This document shows, in pieces, positions 1-8,649 of a DNA stretch of 64,000 bases. The notes beneath the pieces were generated by a model. The model worked only from the letters and a program-made list of their open reading frames with translations, made no database searches and was not told the origin of the DNA. The translations under genes and the position numbers were made by a program. Source of the stretch: an uncultured Desulfovibrionaceae bacterium (GTDB lineage: Bacteria > Desulfobacterota > Desulfovibrionia > Desulfovibrionales > Desulfovibrionaceae). The stretch is from contig CAYWQK010000001.1 in assembly GCA_964460575.1 (NCBI GenBank), forward strand, positions 34,688 to 98,687, in the 5' to 3' direction. Positions within the stretch are counted from its first letter, which is position 1. Each line of letters starts with the position of its first letter.

Positions 1-74
1 GCGGTCAGCAGTGCTACATCAGCCGGATGCTGGATTTTAGACAGCACTCGGTTTTGGATTTGGTTGTTGGTCAT
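1..74 (-). CDS. dxs: 1-deoxy-D-xylulose-5-phosphate synthase, first ~24 codons only (runs off the window)
   Basis: A minus-strand ATG at 72-74 opens MTNQIQNRVLSKIQHPADVALLT, which resembles the Dxs N-terminus. It lies directly downstream of ispA, as in the common ispA-dxs arrangement. The fragment is too short to be certain. Confidence 0.4.
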   Translation of the reverse strand, partial: MTNNQIQNRVLSKIQHPADVALLT

Positions 75-168
75 GGATGCAAAACCTGTTTTATGCCCGC
101 GGGCAGTGCCTTTGAAAACGCCCCGTTAGAAGGAAGGAGTATCTTGCAGCGCGGCGTTCAATGTTTCT

Positions 169-1083
169 TCAATAGACTCTGGTCAGCAGTTTTTTGGCCA
201 GAGAGCGCAGTGTTTCAGCTTCTGGAGCGGTTATTCCGGCAAGCGCGGTAACGGCTTTATTCGCTTCCGCTTCGGCAAGTTTACGGCTGTAGTCCAGTGA
301 GGTCAGGGCGGGCCAGGTTAGTTTGCCTTCCTCTGCGTCGCTTCCGGCTGGCTTGCCTAGTGTCGCGGAATCCTGCGTTTCATCAAGAATGTCGTCAATA
401 ATTTGGAAAGCCGCGCCAAGTCCTTCGGCGTAAAGAGCAAGCGCCGTAAGCGTGTTCTTATCGCCGCCGCCAAGAATGCCGCCGCTCACGCAGGCTGCTC
501 GAAACAGCGCACCTGTTTTAAGGGTCTGCATGCTTCGCAGGCGTTCAATCATCGCTGGGTCGCCTTTTTCGGCGGTTTTGCCAAGGCCCGTGCAGACCAT
601 ATCCAGCATTTGGCCGCCAACCATGCCCCGGCCTCCCGCCGCTTCAGCAACAACGGCTATTGCCTGGAGAACCAGATCCGGAACAAGTCCGCTTTCAAGC
701 CCGGCTCGTGCCATGAAAGAAAAAGCGTCCGTCAGCAGCGCGTCCCCGGCAAGGATAGCCGTGGCTTCATCAAAGGCCTTGTGGCAGGAGGGGCGGCCAC
801 GGCGCAGATCGTCGTCATCCATTGCGGGCAGGTCATCGTGAATGAGAGAGTAGGTATGAATCATTTCAAGGCCAGCGGCAAAGGGCAGTACCCGCTTTGC
901 CACTTCTTTTCGATCTTTTGCGGGCGCGGCGACGCTGGCGCAGAGCAGGCACAACACGGGGCGCAGACGTTTGCCGCCGGCAAGCAGGCTGTAATTCATG
1001 GCCTCTCGCAGGCGCTCCGGCATGTTCAGGTTATGAAGGCAGTCCGCAAGGTAGGATTCAACCATGTGCCGCAATATATCCAT
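169..1083 (-). CDS. ispA: farnesyl/geranylgeranyl diphosphate synthase (polyprenyl synthetase)
   Basis: 304-aa ORF with both aspartate-rich motifs (LIHDDLPAMDDDDLRRG and FQIIDDILD) and the GGKRLRP motif. Confidence 0.92.
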   Translation of the reverse strand: MDILRHMVESYLADCLHNLNMPERLREAMNYSLLAGGKRLRPVLCLLCASVAAPAKDRKEVAKRVLPFAAGLEMIHTYSLIHDDLPAMDDDDLRRGRPSCHKAFDEATAILAGDALLTDAFSFMARAGLESGLVPDLVLQAIAVVAEAAGGRGMVGGQMLDMVCTGLGKTAEKGDPAMIERLRSMQTLKTGALFRAACVSGGILGGGDKNTLTALALYAEGLGAAFQIIDDILDETQDSATLGKPAGSDAEEGKLTWPALTSLDYSRKLAEAEANKAVTALAGITAPEAETLRSLAKKLLTRVY

Positions 1084-1089
1084 AGTGTC

Positions 1090-2289
1090 TTACCTCAAAG
1101 TATCTATGTAGCGCAGGCGCCAGGCCAGCAACAGTACCAGGACGATCATCGTATCAAAAAGGATCATGCAGCCGTTCCAGCCGTAATCACGGTACACAAA
1201 GCCTGGCAGCCAAGATCCTAAAGCTCCTCCGCCGTAATAGCAGGTCAAGTAGAGTCCGTTGATCATGCCTTTGTCAAGTGTTGTGAGGCGGGTGACGAGT
1301 CCCGGCGCATTGGAGTGCGAGGTGAAATTTCCGAGGCAGATCAGGCAGAGTGCGCCGAAAATAGCTATACTGTTTTTCAGGACCATAGCCGGCAGCATGG
1401 GTATGTAAATGACAAGCCCCCAAAACATCAGTTTCTCCGGACCGCCGAACAGTGCGGTCAGCCGGCGAGAATTGAAGGCAACCAGCACGCCAAGGATGTA
1501 GCCCGCGTACATCAGCCCGACTATAAATTCAGAATTGCCGCCGAGTTCCGCCATACGGAAAGGCAGGAAGTTGGTGATGCCGGTGAAAACAAAGAAGGCC
1601 ATGGCTTCAATGAGCATAAGGCTGCCGATGCCCGGATCCAGCAGTCCCGTCAGGTATTCTTTAAAGGAATGGAGGCGTGAAATAGAGCGTGCTTCATCAT
1701 GCATCCTATAAAGCGCGGCCAGCGCCGGGAGCGGTGCTAGGGCCATGCAGAGCAAGGCAGTCCTCCAGCCAAACAGCGAGGAAATACCGCCTGGCGCAAC
1801 GCGGCTGATAAATCCGCCCAGATTTGTGCAGCCGATGTAGGCGGCCAGCGTCCACTGAAGCTCGCTACCGTGAAAATGGCGGGAAATATAAGTCATGATG
1901 GTTGTCATCATGGCAGCTGCGAGCATTCCTTGCATGACGCGCCAGCCAAGGAGGATGTTGAAGGTTGAGGTAAAGTATAGACCGATGCCGGATACAGCAA
2001 CAAAAAGGAGGATGCCGATGAGAAGCTGACGCGCGGTTGCCCTGCTGACTAGGGGGCCATAAACCAGGGGAGCGATAGCCAAGGGAAGGAGACCTGCGCT
2101 GATGGCCAGTGCGGTTGTTGCCTTGTTAGTTCCAAACTCCCGGCTGATGACATTAAGCAGAGGCTGCGGTGCGAAGAGCAGACCAATCTCGCAGACGGTC
2201 AGATATAGCATGGTTATCCAGGTCAGGAGATCTGGCCTGGACGGGGAAGGCGAGGATTTGCTCGTCATTCGTTTCCCTCCTTGCCTCAT
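1090..2289 (-). CDS. MFS transporter (paralog 1)
   Basis: 399-aa highly hydrophobic ORF with a multi-TM pattern. It is about four-fifths identical by eye to the ORF at 2783-3988. The true start may be an internal Met. Confidence 0.85.
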   Translation of the reverse strand: MRQGGKRMTSKSSPSPSRPDLLTWITMLYLTVCEIGLLFAPQPLLNVISREFGTNKATTALAISAGLLPLAIAPLVYGPLVSRATARQLLIGILLFVAVSGIGLYFTSTFNILLGWRVMQGMLAAAMMTTIMTYISRHFHGSELQWTLAAYIGCTNLGGFISRVAPGGISSLFGWRTALLCMALAPLPALAALYRMHDEARSISRLHSFKEYLTGLLDPGIGSLMLIEAMAFFVFTGITNFLPFRMAELGGNSEFIVGLMYAGYILGVLVAFNSRRLTALFGGPEKLMFWGLVIYIPMLPAMVLKNSIAIFGALCLICLGNFTSHSNAPGLVTRLTTLDKGMINGLYLTCYYGGGALGSWLPGFVYRDYGWNGCMILFDTMIVLVLLLAWRLRYIDTLR

Positions 2290-2329
2290 GCCAGTGTTAC
2301 GGCGCTGCTACATAGTGACTTTTCGCATA

Positions 2330-2590
2330 GAATAGCCCGATCTGGAGGACTGCTTCCACACCCGTTTAGATCTGCGATCGTTTACTGCTTCCTCTCGGTC
2401 AAAGAACAGCGTTTTGCCGGATCAAGAACGAGGACTGCGCAGTGCAGCTCTATTAGGATGCGGATGGTCTGAAGAGCGAACAAAGCAGATTTATCCGCTT
2501 TTCTCATTTTGAGCGCAATATTATATTCTTTGCTCTCAAGCTTTGTCCCGCTGCGGAGCGCGGCGTCTATGCCATCAACACAACCCACTC
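2330..2590 (-). pseudogene. truncated 3' remnant of lpxI at the duplication junction
   Basis: The ORF fragment DGIDAALRSGTKL...ALKMRKA...LQTIRILIELHCAVLVLD parallels LEGTDATLRRGAKL...ALKMAKP...LQTIRILTEQHYAALVLE of the intact lpxI. DNA similarity to 4075-4400 is interrupted by deletions. The N-terminal two-thirds of the gene is missing. Confidence 0.8.
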
Positions 2591-2782
2591 ATAAAAGAAA
2601 GAGCGTCTGTCAGTAGCACGACCCCGGCAATGTGGTGGATCGTGACTTCATTAAGGTCGGCAGGAGGGTTGGCCACGGCGCAGATCATCGCCATCCACGG
2701 CGGGCAGGTCACCGTGAATGAGAGTAGGATGGATCAGTAAGGCAGTCTGTAAGGTAGGATTCAACCGTGTGCATCCATTGTG
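2591..2782 (-). pseudogene. truncated 5' remnant of ispA at the duplication junction
   Basis: 2591-2734 aligns by eye with 708-870 (ggccacggcgcagatc..tcatcca..gcgggcaggtca.cgtgaatgagag). 2735-2782 aligns with 1040-1089 (aaggtaggattcaacc.tgtgc). An internal deletion is present and the reading frame is not intact. Confidence 0.75.
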
Positions 2783-3988
2783 TTATTTCAAAGCATCTAT
2801 GTAGCGCAGGCGCCAGGCCAGTAGTAGTACTACGGCGATCATCGCGCCAAAAAGGATCATGCAGCCGTTCCAGCCGTAATCATGGTACACAAAGCCTGGC
2901 AGCCAGGATCCCAGTGATCCCCCTATGTAATAGCAGGTCAAGTAGAGTCCGTTGATCATGCCTTTGTCAATCGTTGTGAGGCGGGAGATGAGTCCCGGCG
3001 CGTTGGAGTGCGCGGTAAAGTGTCCGAGGCAGATCAGGCAGAGCGCGCTGAAGACAGCCATATTGTTTTTCAGGACCATTGCCGGTAGCATGGGCACGTA
3101 AACAACAAGTCCCCAGAACATTAGTTTCGCGGGACCGCCGCATAGGATGGTCAGCCGACGGGAATTGAAGGAAACTAGCACGCCAAGGATATAGCCCGCG
3201 TACATCAGCCCGACCATGAATTCGGAATTTCCGCCGAGTTCCGCCATGCGGAAGGGTAGGAAATTGGAAATACCCCCGAAAACAAATAACGCTATGGATT
3301 CAATGAGCAAGAGGCTACCAACGCCCGGATCCAGCAGGCCTTTCAGGTATTCCTTAAAGGAATGACGGCGTGAAACCGGGCGCGCTTCGTCACGCATCCT
3401 GTAAAACACGGCCAGCGCGGGGAGCGGTGCCAAGGCTATGCAGAGCAGGGCAGTTCTCCAGCCAAACAGAGAGGAAATGCCACCTGCTCCGGCCCTGGTG
3501 ATGAATCCGCCCAGAATGGTGCAGCCAATGTAGGCGGCCATTGCTCGTTGAAGATCGCTGCCGCGGAACTGGTTGGAAATGTAGGTCATAATGGCTGTCA
3601 TCATGGCAGGTGCGAGCATCCCCTGTATGATGCGCCAGCCAAGGAGAATCTTGAAAGTTGTGGTGAAGTATAGGCCGACGCCGGATGCGGCAACTAAAAG
3701 GAGGATGCCTGTGAGAAGCTGGCGTGCGGTTGCCCGGCTGACCAGGAGGCCGTAAAACAGAGGGGCGATGGCCAGGGGGAACATTCCTGAGCTGATAACT
3801 AGCGCGGTTGTTGCCTTATCGGTTCCAAATTCCTGGCTGATGACGTTGAGTAGAGGTTGTGGCGCGTAGAGCAGACCAAGCTCACAGACGGTCAGGTACA
3901 TCATGGTTATCCAGACCAAGGGGTCCGGTCTGGAAGGGGAATACGCCACTTTGGATTTATTCATCATTCGTTTCCCTCCTTGCCTCAT
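2783..3988 (-). CDS. MFS transporter (paralog 2)
   Basis: 401-aa ORF. It shares the same N-terminus (MRQGGKRM) and C-terminus (LLLAWRLRYID) as paralog 1. Confidence 0.85.
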   Translation of the reverse strand: MRQGGKRMMNKSKVAYSPSRPDPLVWITMMYLTVCELGLLYAPQPLLNVISQEFGTDKATTALVISSGMFPLAIAPLFYGLLVSRATARQLLTGILLLVAASGVGLYFTTTFKILLGWRIIQGMLAPAMMTAIMTYISNQFRGSDLQRAMAAYIGCTILGGFITRAGAGGISSLFGWRTALLCIALAPLPALAVFYRMRDEARPVSRRHSFKEYLKGLLDPGVGSLLLIESIALFVFGGISNFLPFRMAELGGNSEFMVGLMYAGYILGVLVSFNSRRLTILCGGPAKLMFWGLVVYVPMLPAMVLKNNMAVFSALCLICLGHFTAHSNAPGLISRLTTIDKGMINGLYLTCYYIGGSLGSWLPGFVYHDYGWNGCMILFGAMIAVVLLLAWRLRYIDALK

Positions 3989-4070
3989 GCCGATGGTACG
4001 GCGCTGCTACATAGCGACTTTTCGCATATGGTACTTCAATGGGGCAGAGTTAAGATTTTTGTTTATTATG

Positions 4071-4934
4071 TTAGGATAGTAACCCGATCTGGAGAGTTGC
4101 CTCCGCGGTGAAAGCAGCGATTTCAGCCTGGCTCAGGGCAATCAGGCATAATCCGTTTTGATCCGCGAGCGTTACTGCTTCCTCTCTGTCAAAGAACAGC
4201 GTTTTGTCGGCTTCAAGAACGAGGGCGGCGTAGTGCTGCTCTGTCAGAATGCGGATGGTCTGAAGCCCGACAGAGGGCAGATCTACCCGTTCTTCCTGGC
4301 AGGGTTTAGCCATTTTGAGCGCAACGCATCCTTTGCCCCCAAGCTTTGCCCCGCGGCGGAGCGTGGCGTCTGTGCCTTCAAGGCATTCCACAGCTATGAC
4401 CATGGCTTCACGCACAACCATGCACTGCCCTATATCGAGGCGTCCGGTGAGGGTCAGCTTTGGCCAGCCGTAGGCAATGGCCTCTCGAATGGCTTCCGTA
4501 GGTTTGATTTTGCCTAGGATTCCTGCGGGGCAGCGCAGATCCGGAACAAGGTCGGCCGGATTAAGGACCTGGAGTCCCTCGCGTTCAAATTCGCCGATGA
4601 TAGTCCTTAACAGCGCGTCGTCGCCTTTGTTTTTGCGGAGAGTAAAAAGCAGGCGCATAGACCGCACGTCAGGACGGAAGTCCAGCGCTTTGGGTTTGGA
4701 CACGGCGCCGGCCATGCACAGACGGACAACGCCATATTCCTTGAAAAATTCCAGTATCCTGCCAAGCTGGCCGATATGAACCATCAGAAAACCATCGGCC
4801 TCATATTCAAGGCCTGGATCGGCGTTACCGTAAAGTCCGCATATGGCGACTGAGTAACCTGCTTCGTGAGCACCTTTCGCCACAAGGTGGGGGAACTGGC
4901 CGCTTCCGGCGATAATGCCAATGCATTCTCTCAT
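4071..4934 (-). CDS. lpxI: UDP-2,3-diacylglucosamine pyrophosphatase LpxI (DUF1009 family)
   Basis: 287-aa ORF with LpxI-like blocks: GIIAGSGQFP, KGDDALLRTIIGEFEREG, RLDIGQCMVV, ECLEGTDATLRRG and EERVDLPSVG. Confidence 0.85.
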   Translation of the reverse strand: MRECIGIIAGSGQFPHLVAKGAHEAGYSVAICGLYGNADPGLEYEADGFLMVHIGQLGRILEFFKEYGVVRLCMAGAVSKPKALDFRPDVRSMRLLFTLRKNKGDDALLRTIIGEFEREGLQVLNPADLVPDLRCPAGILGKIKPTEAIREAIAYGWPKLTLTGRLDIGQCMVVREAMVIAVECLEGTDATLRRGAKLGGKGCVALKMAKPCQEERVDLPSVGLQTIRILTEQHYAALVLEADKTLFFDREEAVTLADQNGLCLIALSQAEIAAFTAEATLQIGLLS

Positions 4935-5297
4935 TTTGGCCTTTTCTCCTTTTTTTTTCGCTAGAAAGCGGCGTGTCCTTCAAAAAAGGTTTTTTTGCAT
5001 ACGGCCTTTTACCGTAAGACACTGCGCATGACAACACCTGGAGTTTGTTTTTTTCCATGTTTCAAAGCTTGCTTTGCCTGTGGAGTCTGTGTATTTTGAC
5101 AACGTTGTCCTGCGGTCAGGAATAAGCCGTAAAAGCTTTTTTCGTCTTCTTGGCTGTGCTGGGAAACGCCGCAGGACGGAGAATCCTAGCAACTTGTCGG
5201 TTGTTAGGCGGCTTGCGGGCAAAGGTTCCGCATCGGGCACGGAAAAGCCGGCGGGCATGCCATCTTCCGAAACGTTTTTTTACTCACTGGAGCCATC

Positions 5298-7190
5298 ATG
5301 CTGGACGCCATCCGTTCCAATGCCCAATCCCTTGGTGTTAAGATAATTTTCGCGATTATTATCATCGTGTTCGTTTTTTGGGGCGTGGGCAGCTTTATGA
5401 GCAGCCCTTCCTCCGATATTATTACTGTCAATGGCGAGCCTATTTCCGCTTCGGAAATCCTCAGGTCCGCTTCCAGTTTGACAAGGCAGATTCAACAGAG
5501 TCGACCCGGCATGACCGAGGAAGATCTAAAGCCGTTCAAAATCAAGCATCGCGCCGCAGAGCAGCTGATCGGGAGTAAGCTTCTTTTGCAGGAGGCAGAA
5601 CGCCTTGGAATTTCAGTAACTCCTGTTGAGCTGCGCAAGGTTATTGAGTCGTTGCCGTATTTTCACAATCAAGACGGTGCGTTTGATCCGGAAGTCTACA
5701 AGCGGGTGCTTTCTTCCGGACAGGAGACGCCGGGCACTTTTGAAGAGGGGCTCAGGCAGGAGCTGCTGATAGAAAAGCTAAACCGCATTGTAACGACCGG
5801 CGCGTCCGTAACCGAGCAGGAAATTAAGAGCCTTTTTGAGTTTCAGACTGAGCGGAGGGAGCTTGAGTACGTGTTGTTCCCCGCCTCCGATTACACGACT
5901 GGCGACGCTCCTAAGGATGAAGATATCCAGAAATGGTACGAGGCCCATCAGGATGGCTTCAGGGTGCCGGCCTTCGTTGATGTTGACTATCTGCTTATTG
6001 GCGTGGAAAGCCTCGCTCCCTTCTGTATGCCGGATGACGCCACTGTGGCAGCCTATTACGAAAAAAAAAGGGACCGTTTTGCCGTTCCTGAACAGGTCCA
6101 TGCCCGCCATATCCTGATTCAGGCGCCTGCGGATGACGCTGAAGCAGGCAAAGCGGCACTTAGCAGAATAGAGGAGATCCGCGACCGCCTTTTGAAAAAA
6201 AAGATTTCATTTGCTGAAGCGGCCCAAAAAACTTCTGATGACAAGATCACCGCGGAAAACGGAGGAGACTTGGGCTGGTTTGCCCGCGGTCAGATGCTTC
6301 CTGAATTTTCAGAAAGCGCGTTTGCCCTGAAGAAAGGGGAGATCTCCGAGCCGATTAAAACGGCCTACGGCTACCATCTTATTTTACTGGAGGACCACAA
6401 GCCTGCTGGCACGCGTCCCTTGGATGAGGTAAAGGAAATAATCCGCAAGCAGATTGGCACGGAGCAGGCGGCAGGCAAGCTTCAGGATGTACTCGATCAA
6501 ATCCTCCTCAATGTTATGGGCGGGAAAACATTAGAAGACGCCGGAGAGCCGTTCAAATTGGTACCAGTGAACACCGGTTTACTAAAGGCAGCTGATTTGG
6601 CTGCCGCGCTTGACATTAAACTGGAGGAAGCCGCCAAGCTGCTGAAAAGCAAGACCGGTGCCGTTAATGAAACGCCTTTTGTTACCAAAAAGGGCTATGT
6701 GCTGGCCCGCGTTAAAGAATCTACGCCTGAGCGCGTTAAGCCTTTTGAAGAGGTGAAAGCGGAAATTAGCATGCGCCTCGCGGCAGAAACACGCGCCAAT
6801 CGCGCACTAGAGGCGGCCTTAGCTGTTCGTTCCGAAATTAAGGACGGTTCGTTGCCCTCCAAGCTGATGGGCAAGGCCAAAAAATCGGAACCCATTGACC
6901 GATCCGGAAAACTTTCCGGATTTGGCGCCAATGCAGAATTGGGCCGTGCGGCCTTTTTAACTTCCCTCGGTGACTGGCTTCCCACTGCCTACACCATGGA
7001 AAAGGGCGCCGTCATAGCCCGTGTGCTCACGAGCATTCCCGCTGAAGAGGGCGCGTGGGATAAGGTTCGTGAAATAATGATGAACAGGGCGCTGGAAAGC
7101 CGCCGTTCCAATCTTTTTGAAGCGTTTTACCAGTCGCTGCGTGCCAAGGCAAAAATTCTTCTGCAAAACCAGAAATTCCTTGAGGATTGA
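5298..7190 (+). CDS. ppiD: periplasmic chaperone / peptidyl-prolyl isomerase PpiD-like
   Basis: 630 aa with an N-terminal membrane anchor (IIFAIIIIVFVFWGV), a SurA-like N-domain and a parvulin block (HARHILIQ...GGDLGWFARGQMLPEF...YGYHLI). Confidence 0.85.
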   Translation: MLDAIRSNAQSLGVKIIFAIIIIVFVFWGVGSFMSSPSSDIITVNGEPISASEILRSASSLTRQIQQSRPGMTEEDLKPFKIKHRAAEQLIGSKLLLQEAERLGISVTPVELRKVIESLPYFHNQDGAFDPEVYKRVLSSGQETPGTFEEGLRQELLIEKLNRIVTTGASVTEQEIKSLFEFQTERRELEYVLFPASDYTTGDAPKDEDIQKWYEAHQDGFRVPAFVDVDYLLIGVESLAPFCMPDDATVAAYYEKKRDRFAVPEQVHARHILIQAPADDAEAGKAALSRIEEIRDRLLKKKISFAEAAQKTSDDKITAENGGDLGWFARGQMLPEFSESAFALKKGEISEPIKTAYGYHLILLEDHKPAGTRPLDEVKEIIRKQIGTEQAAGKLQDVLDQILLNVMGGKTLEDAGEPFKLVPVNTGLLKAADLAAALDIKLEEAAKLLKSKTGAVNETPFVTKKGYVLARVKESTPERVKPFEEVKAEISMRLAAETRANRALEAALAVRSEIKDGSLPSKLMGKAKKSEPIDRSGKLSGFGANAELGRAAFLTSLGDWLPTAYTMEKGAVIARVLTSIPAEEGAWDKVREIMMNRALESRRSNLFEAFYQSLRAKAKILLQNQKFLED

Positions 7191-7223
7191 TCGACATCGC
7201 GTCAAAACTGAGAGGAGATTGCC

Positions 7224-8552
7224 ATGCCCAAGAATATATTCAGCGAGCCCGGTATCAAAACCGGTATAACCATCTGCAAGGCTTTGATGCGCAACGGCTA
7301 TGATGCCTACCCTATCAATGCCCAGCTCCAGAAAATCCTTTGTGAAAAACTCGGCAAGCTTGATGTAGACATTGCCTGCGCCTGCGATGCGGAAGTGCTG
7401 GCTAAGCTGGTCCCTTCCATTCAGCCCGGCCGCGAGGATGAATCGATGGCGATGCTGGAGGAGAACGGCATTATCCTGCATTTTTACCCGACAGACGTAG
7501 AGAACGCCTCCCATCCGGAGCGCGCTCAGCGCTCTATGACGCCGAGAATGCTGCGTCTGCTGAATGAGCTTGGCCAGGCGCACAAGTTTCGCATGCCCAA
7601 GCTAGATAACCCGGATTCCTGCTTTGAGGATTTTGAGTGCGGGCAGATCCGTCTCCTTGGCATTCCTTCAAACACACTGTCCCACGATTATCTTCTTGCC
7701 ATCCGCGCGCTGCGCCATGCCGCCAACTGTGATCTGCCTATTGCCCCGCAGACATGGGTTTCCATTGTCCAAGCGGCCAATCGTATCCTTGATTATGTGC
7801 CGGCTAGCTCCATTATGGAAGAATGGAGAAATGTCGCCGCAGAATCCATGTGGAAGTTTGTGCAATTGCTTTTTGACGCGAATTTGCTTCATGGCATTAT
7901 GCCGGAAGTCGCGGCACTTTCTTGCGTCATGCAGGAGCGCAATGACGAAAGCGATGAGCAGGAAAGCGTTTTCGATCATACCATTGCCTGTATGCGTTAT
8001 TACCCCGAAGGCTCCCTGCCCATGGACTGGTACGGCGTGCTGGCTACCATGTTCCACGATATTGGTAAGCTGTATACGGCCGAGCATTTCGCCGGCCGCT
8101 GGACGTTTTACCAACACCATAGGGTGGGCGCTGCGGTGACGCGAAAGATTCTCCGTCGTCTCCATTTTGAACCGGAGGATATTGATCTTATCTGCCATCT
8201 GGTGCGCAATCACATGATGTTCCATTTCATGTTGACTGACAGGGGGTTGCGCCGCTTTAAATCCCTGCCGGAAACAGAAAGGCTGATTGAGATCTGCCGT
8301 GCCGACATCAAGGCCCGCGATGGCAGCTATACTTCCTTCAATCACAACCAGAAGTATCTGAACCGCACGGAAACCTCTGAGCTGATGCTGGAACCGCTTT
8401 TGAATGGTAATGAAATTATGGAATACACCAAGCTGCCTCCGGGGCCTGAAGTCGGCAATATTCGAGATGCGCTGCTAAAGGCGCAGATCGCTGGTCTTAT
8501 CACCAATACGCAAAGCGCTGTTGAGTTTGTGAAGCGCTATACAAAGAAGTAG
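7224..8552 (+). CDS. HD-domain protein of the CCA-adding / poly(A) polymerase family with an atypical head domain
   Basis: 442 aa with an HD motif (MFHDIGK), a later HH..RVG block and RNHMMFH. The N-terminal region is laid out like a class-II nucleotidyltransferase head, but the GG.VRD motif is replaced by GYDAYPINAQL while DVDIA is kept. Confidence 0.7.
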   Translation: MPKNIFSEPGIKTGITICKALMRNGYDAYPINAQLQKILCEKLGKLDVDIACACDAEVLAKLVPSIQPGREDESMAMLEENGIILHFYPTDVENASHPERAQRSMTPRMLRLLNELGQAHKFRMPKLDNPDSCFEDFECGQIRLLGIPSNTLSHDYLLAIRALRHAANCDLPIAPQTWVSIVQAANRILDYVPASSIMEEWRNVAAESMWKFVQLLFDANLLHGIMPEVAALSCVMQERNDESDEQESVFDHTIACMRYYPEGSLPMDWYGVLATMFHDIGKLYTAEHFAGRWTFYQHHRVGAAVTRKILRRLHFEPEDIDLICHLVRNHMMFHFMLTDRGLRRFKSLPETERLIEICRADIKARDGSYTSFNHNQKYLNRTETSELMLEPLLNGNEIMEYTKLPPGPEVGNIRDALLKAQIAGLITNTQSAVEFVKRYTKK

Positions 8553-8649
8553 CTGGCTGTTTTTTTTTGCCGAAATGCCATTTTGAACCAATTTTTCTGT
8601 GAAGCACGCCGTGTTACGCGGCGTGTTTTCGTATTCTCTAGGATGCGCT

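Larger units (their letters stand above)
708..2590. repeat. copy 1 of a head-to-tail segmental duplication (ispA-internal to lpxI-internal)
   Basis: Collinear with 2591-4400: ispA-internal sequence, the MFS gene, then the lpxI 3' part. See the first finding. Confidence 0.8.
2591..4400. repeat. copy 2 of the head-to-tail segmental duplication
   Basis: Collinear with 708-2590. It abuts copy 1 directly at 2590/2591. Confidence 0.8.

Noticed and set aside
403-1221. 272-aa plus-strand ORF (and several 60-130-aa ORFs) antisense to ispA. Similar long shadow ORFs lie opposite polA, dnaA, ddh, eno, pgi and hppA.
   Set aside because: They overlap strongly supported genes on the other strand. Their composition is Arg/Ala/Gly/Ser-rich and low-complexity, as expected for antisense frames in GC-rich DNA. 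None has an RBS or a recognisable motif.
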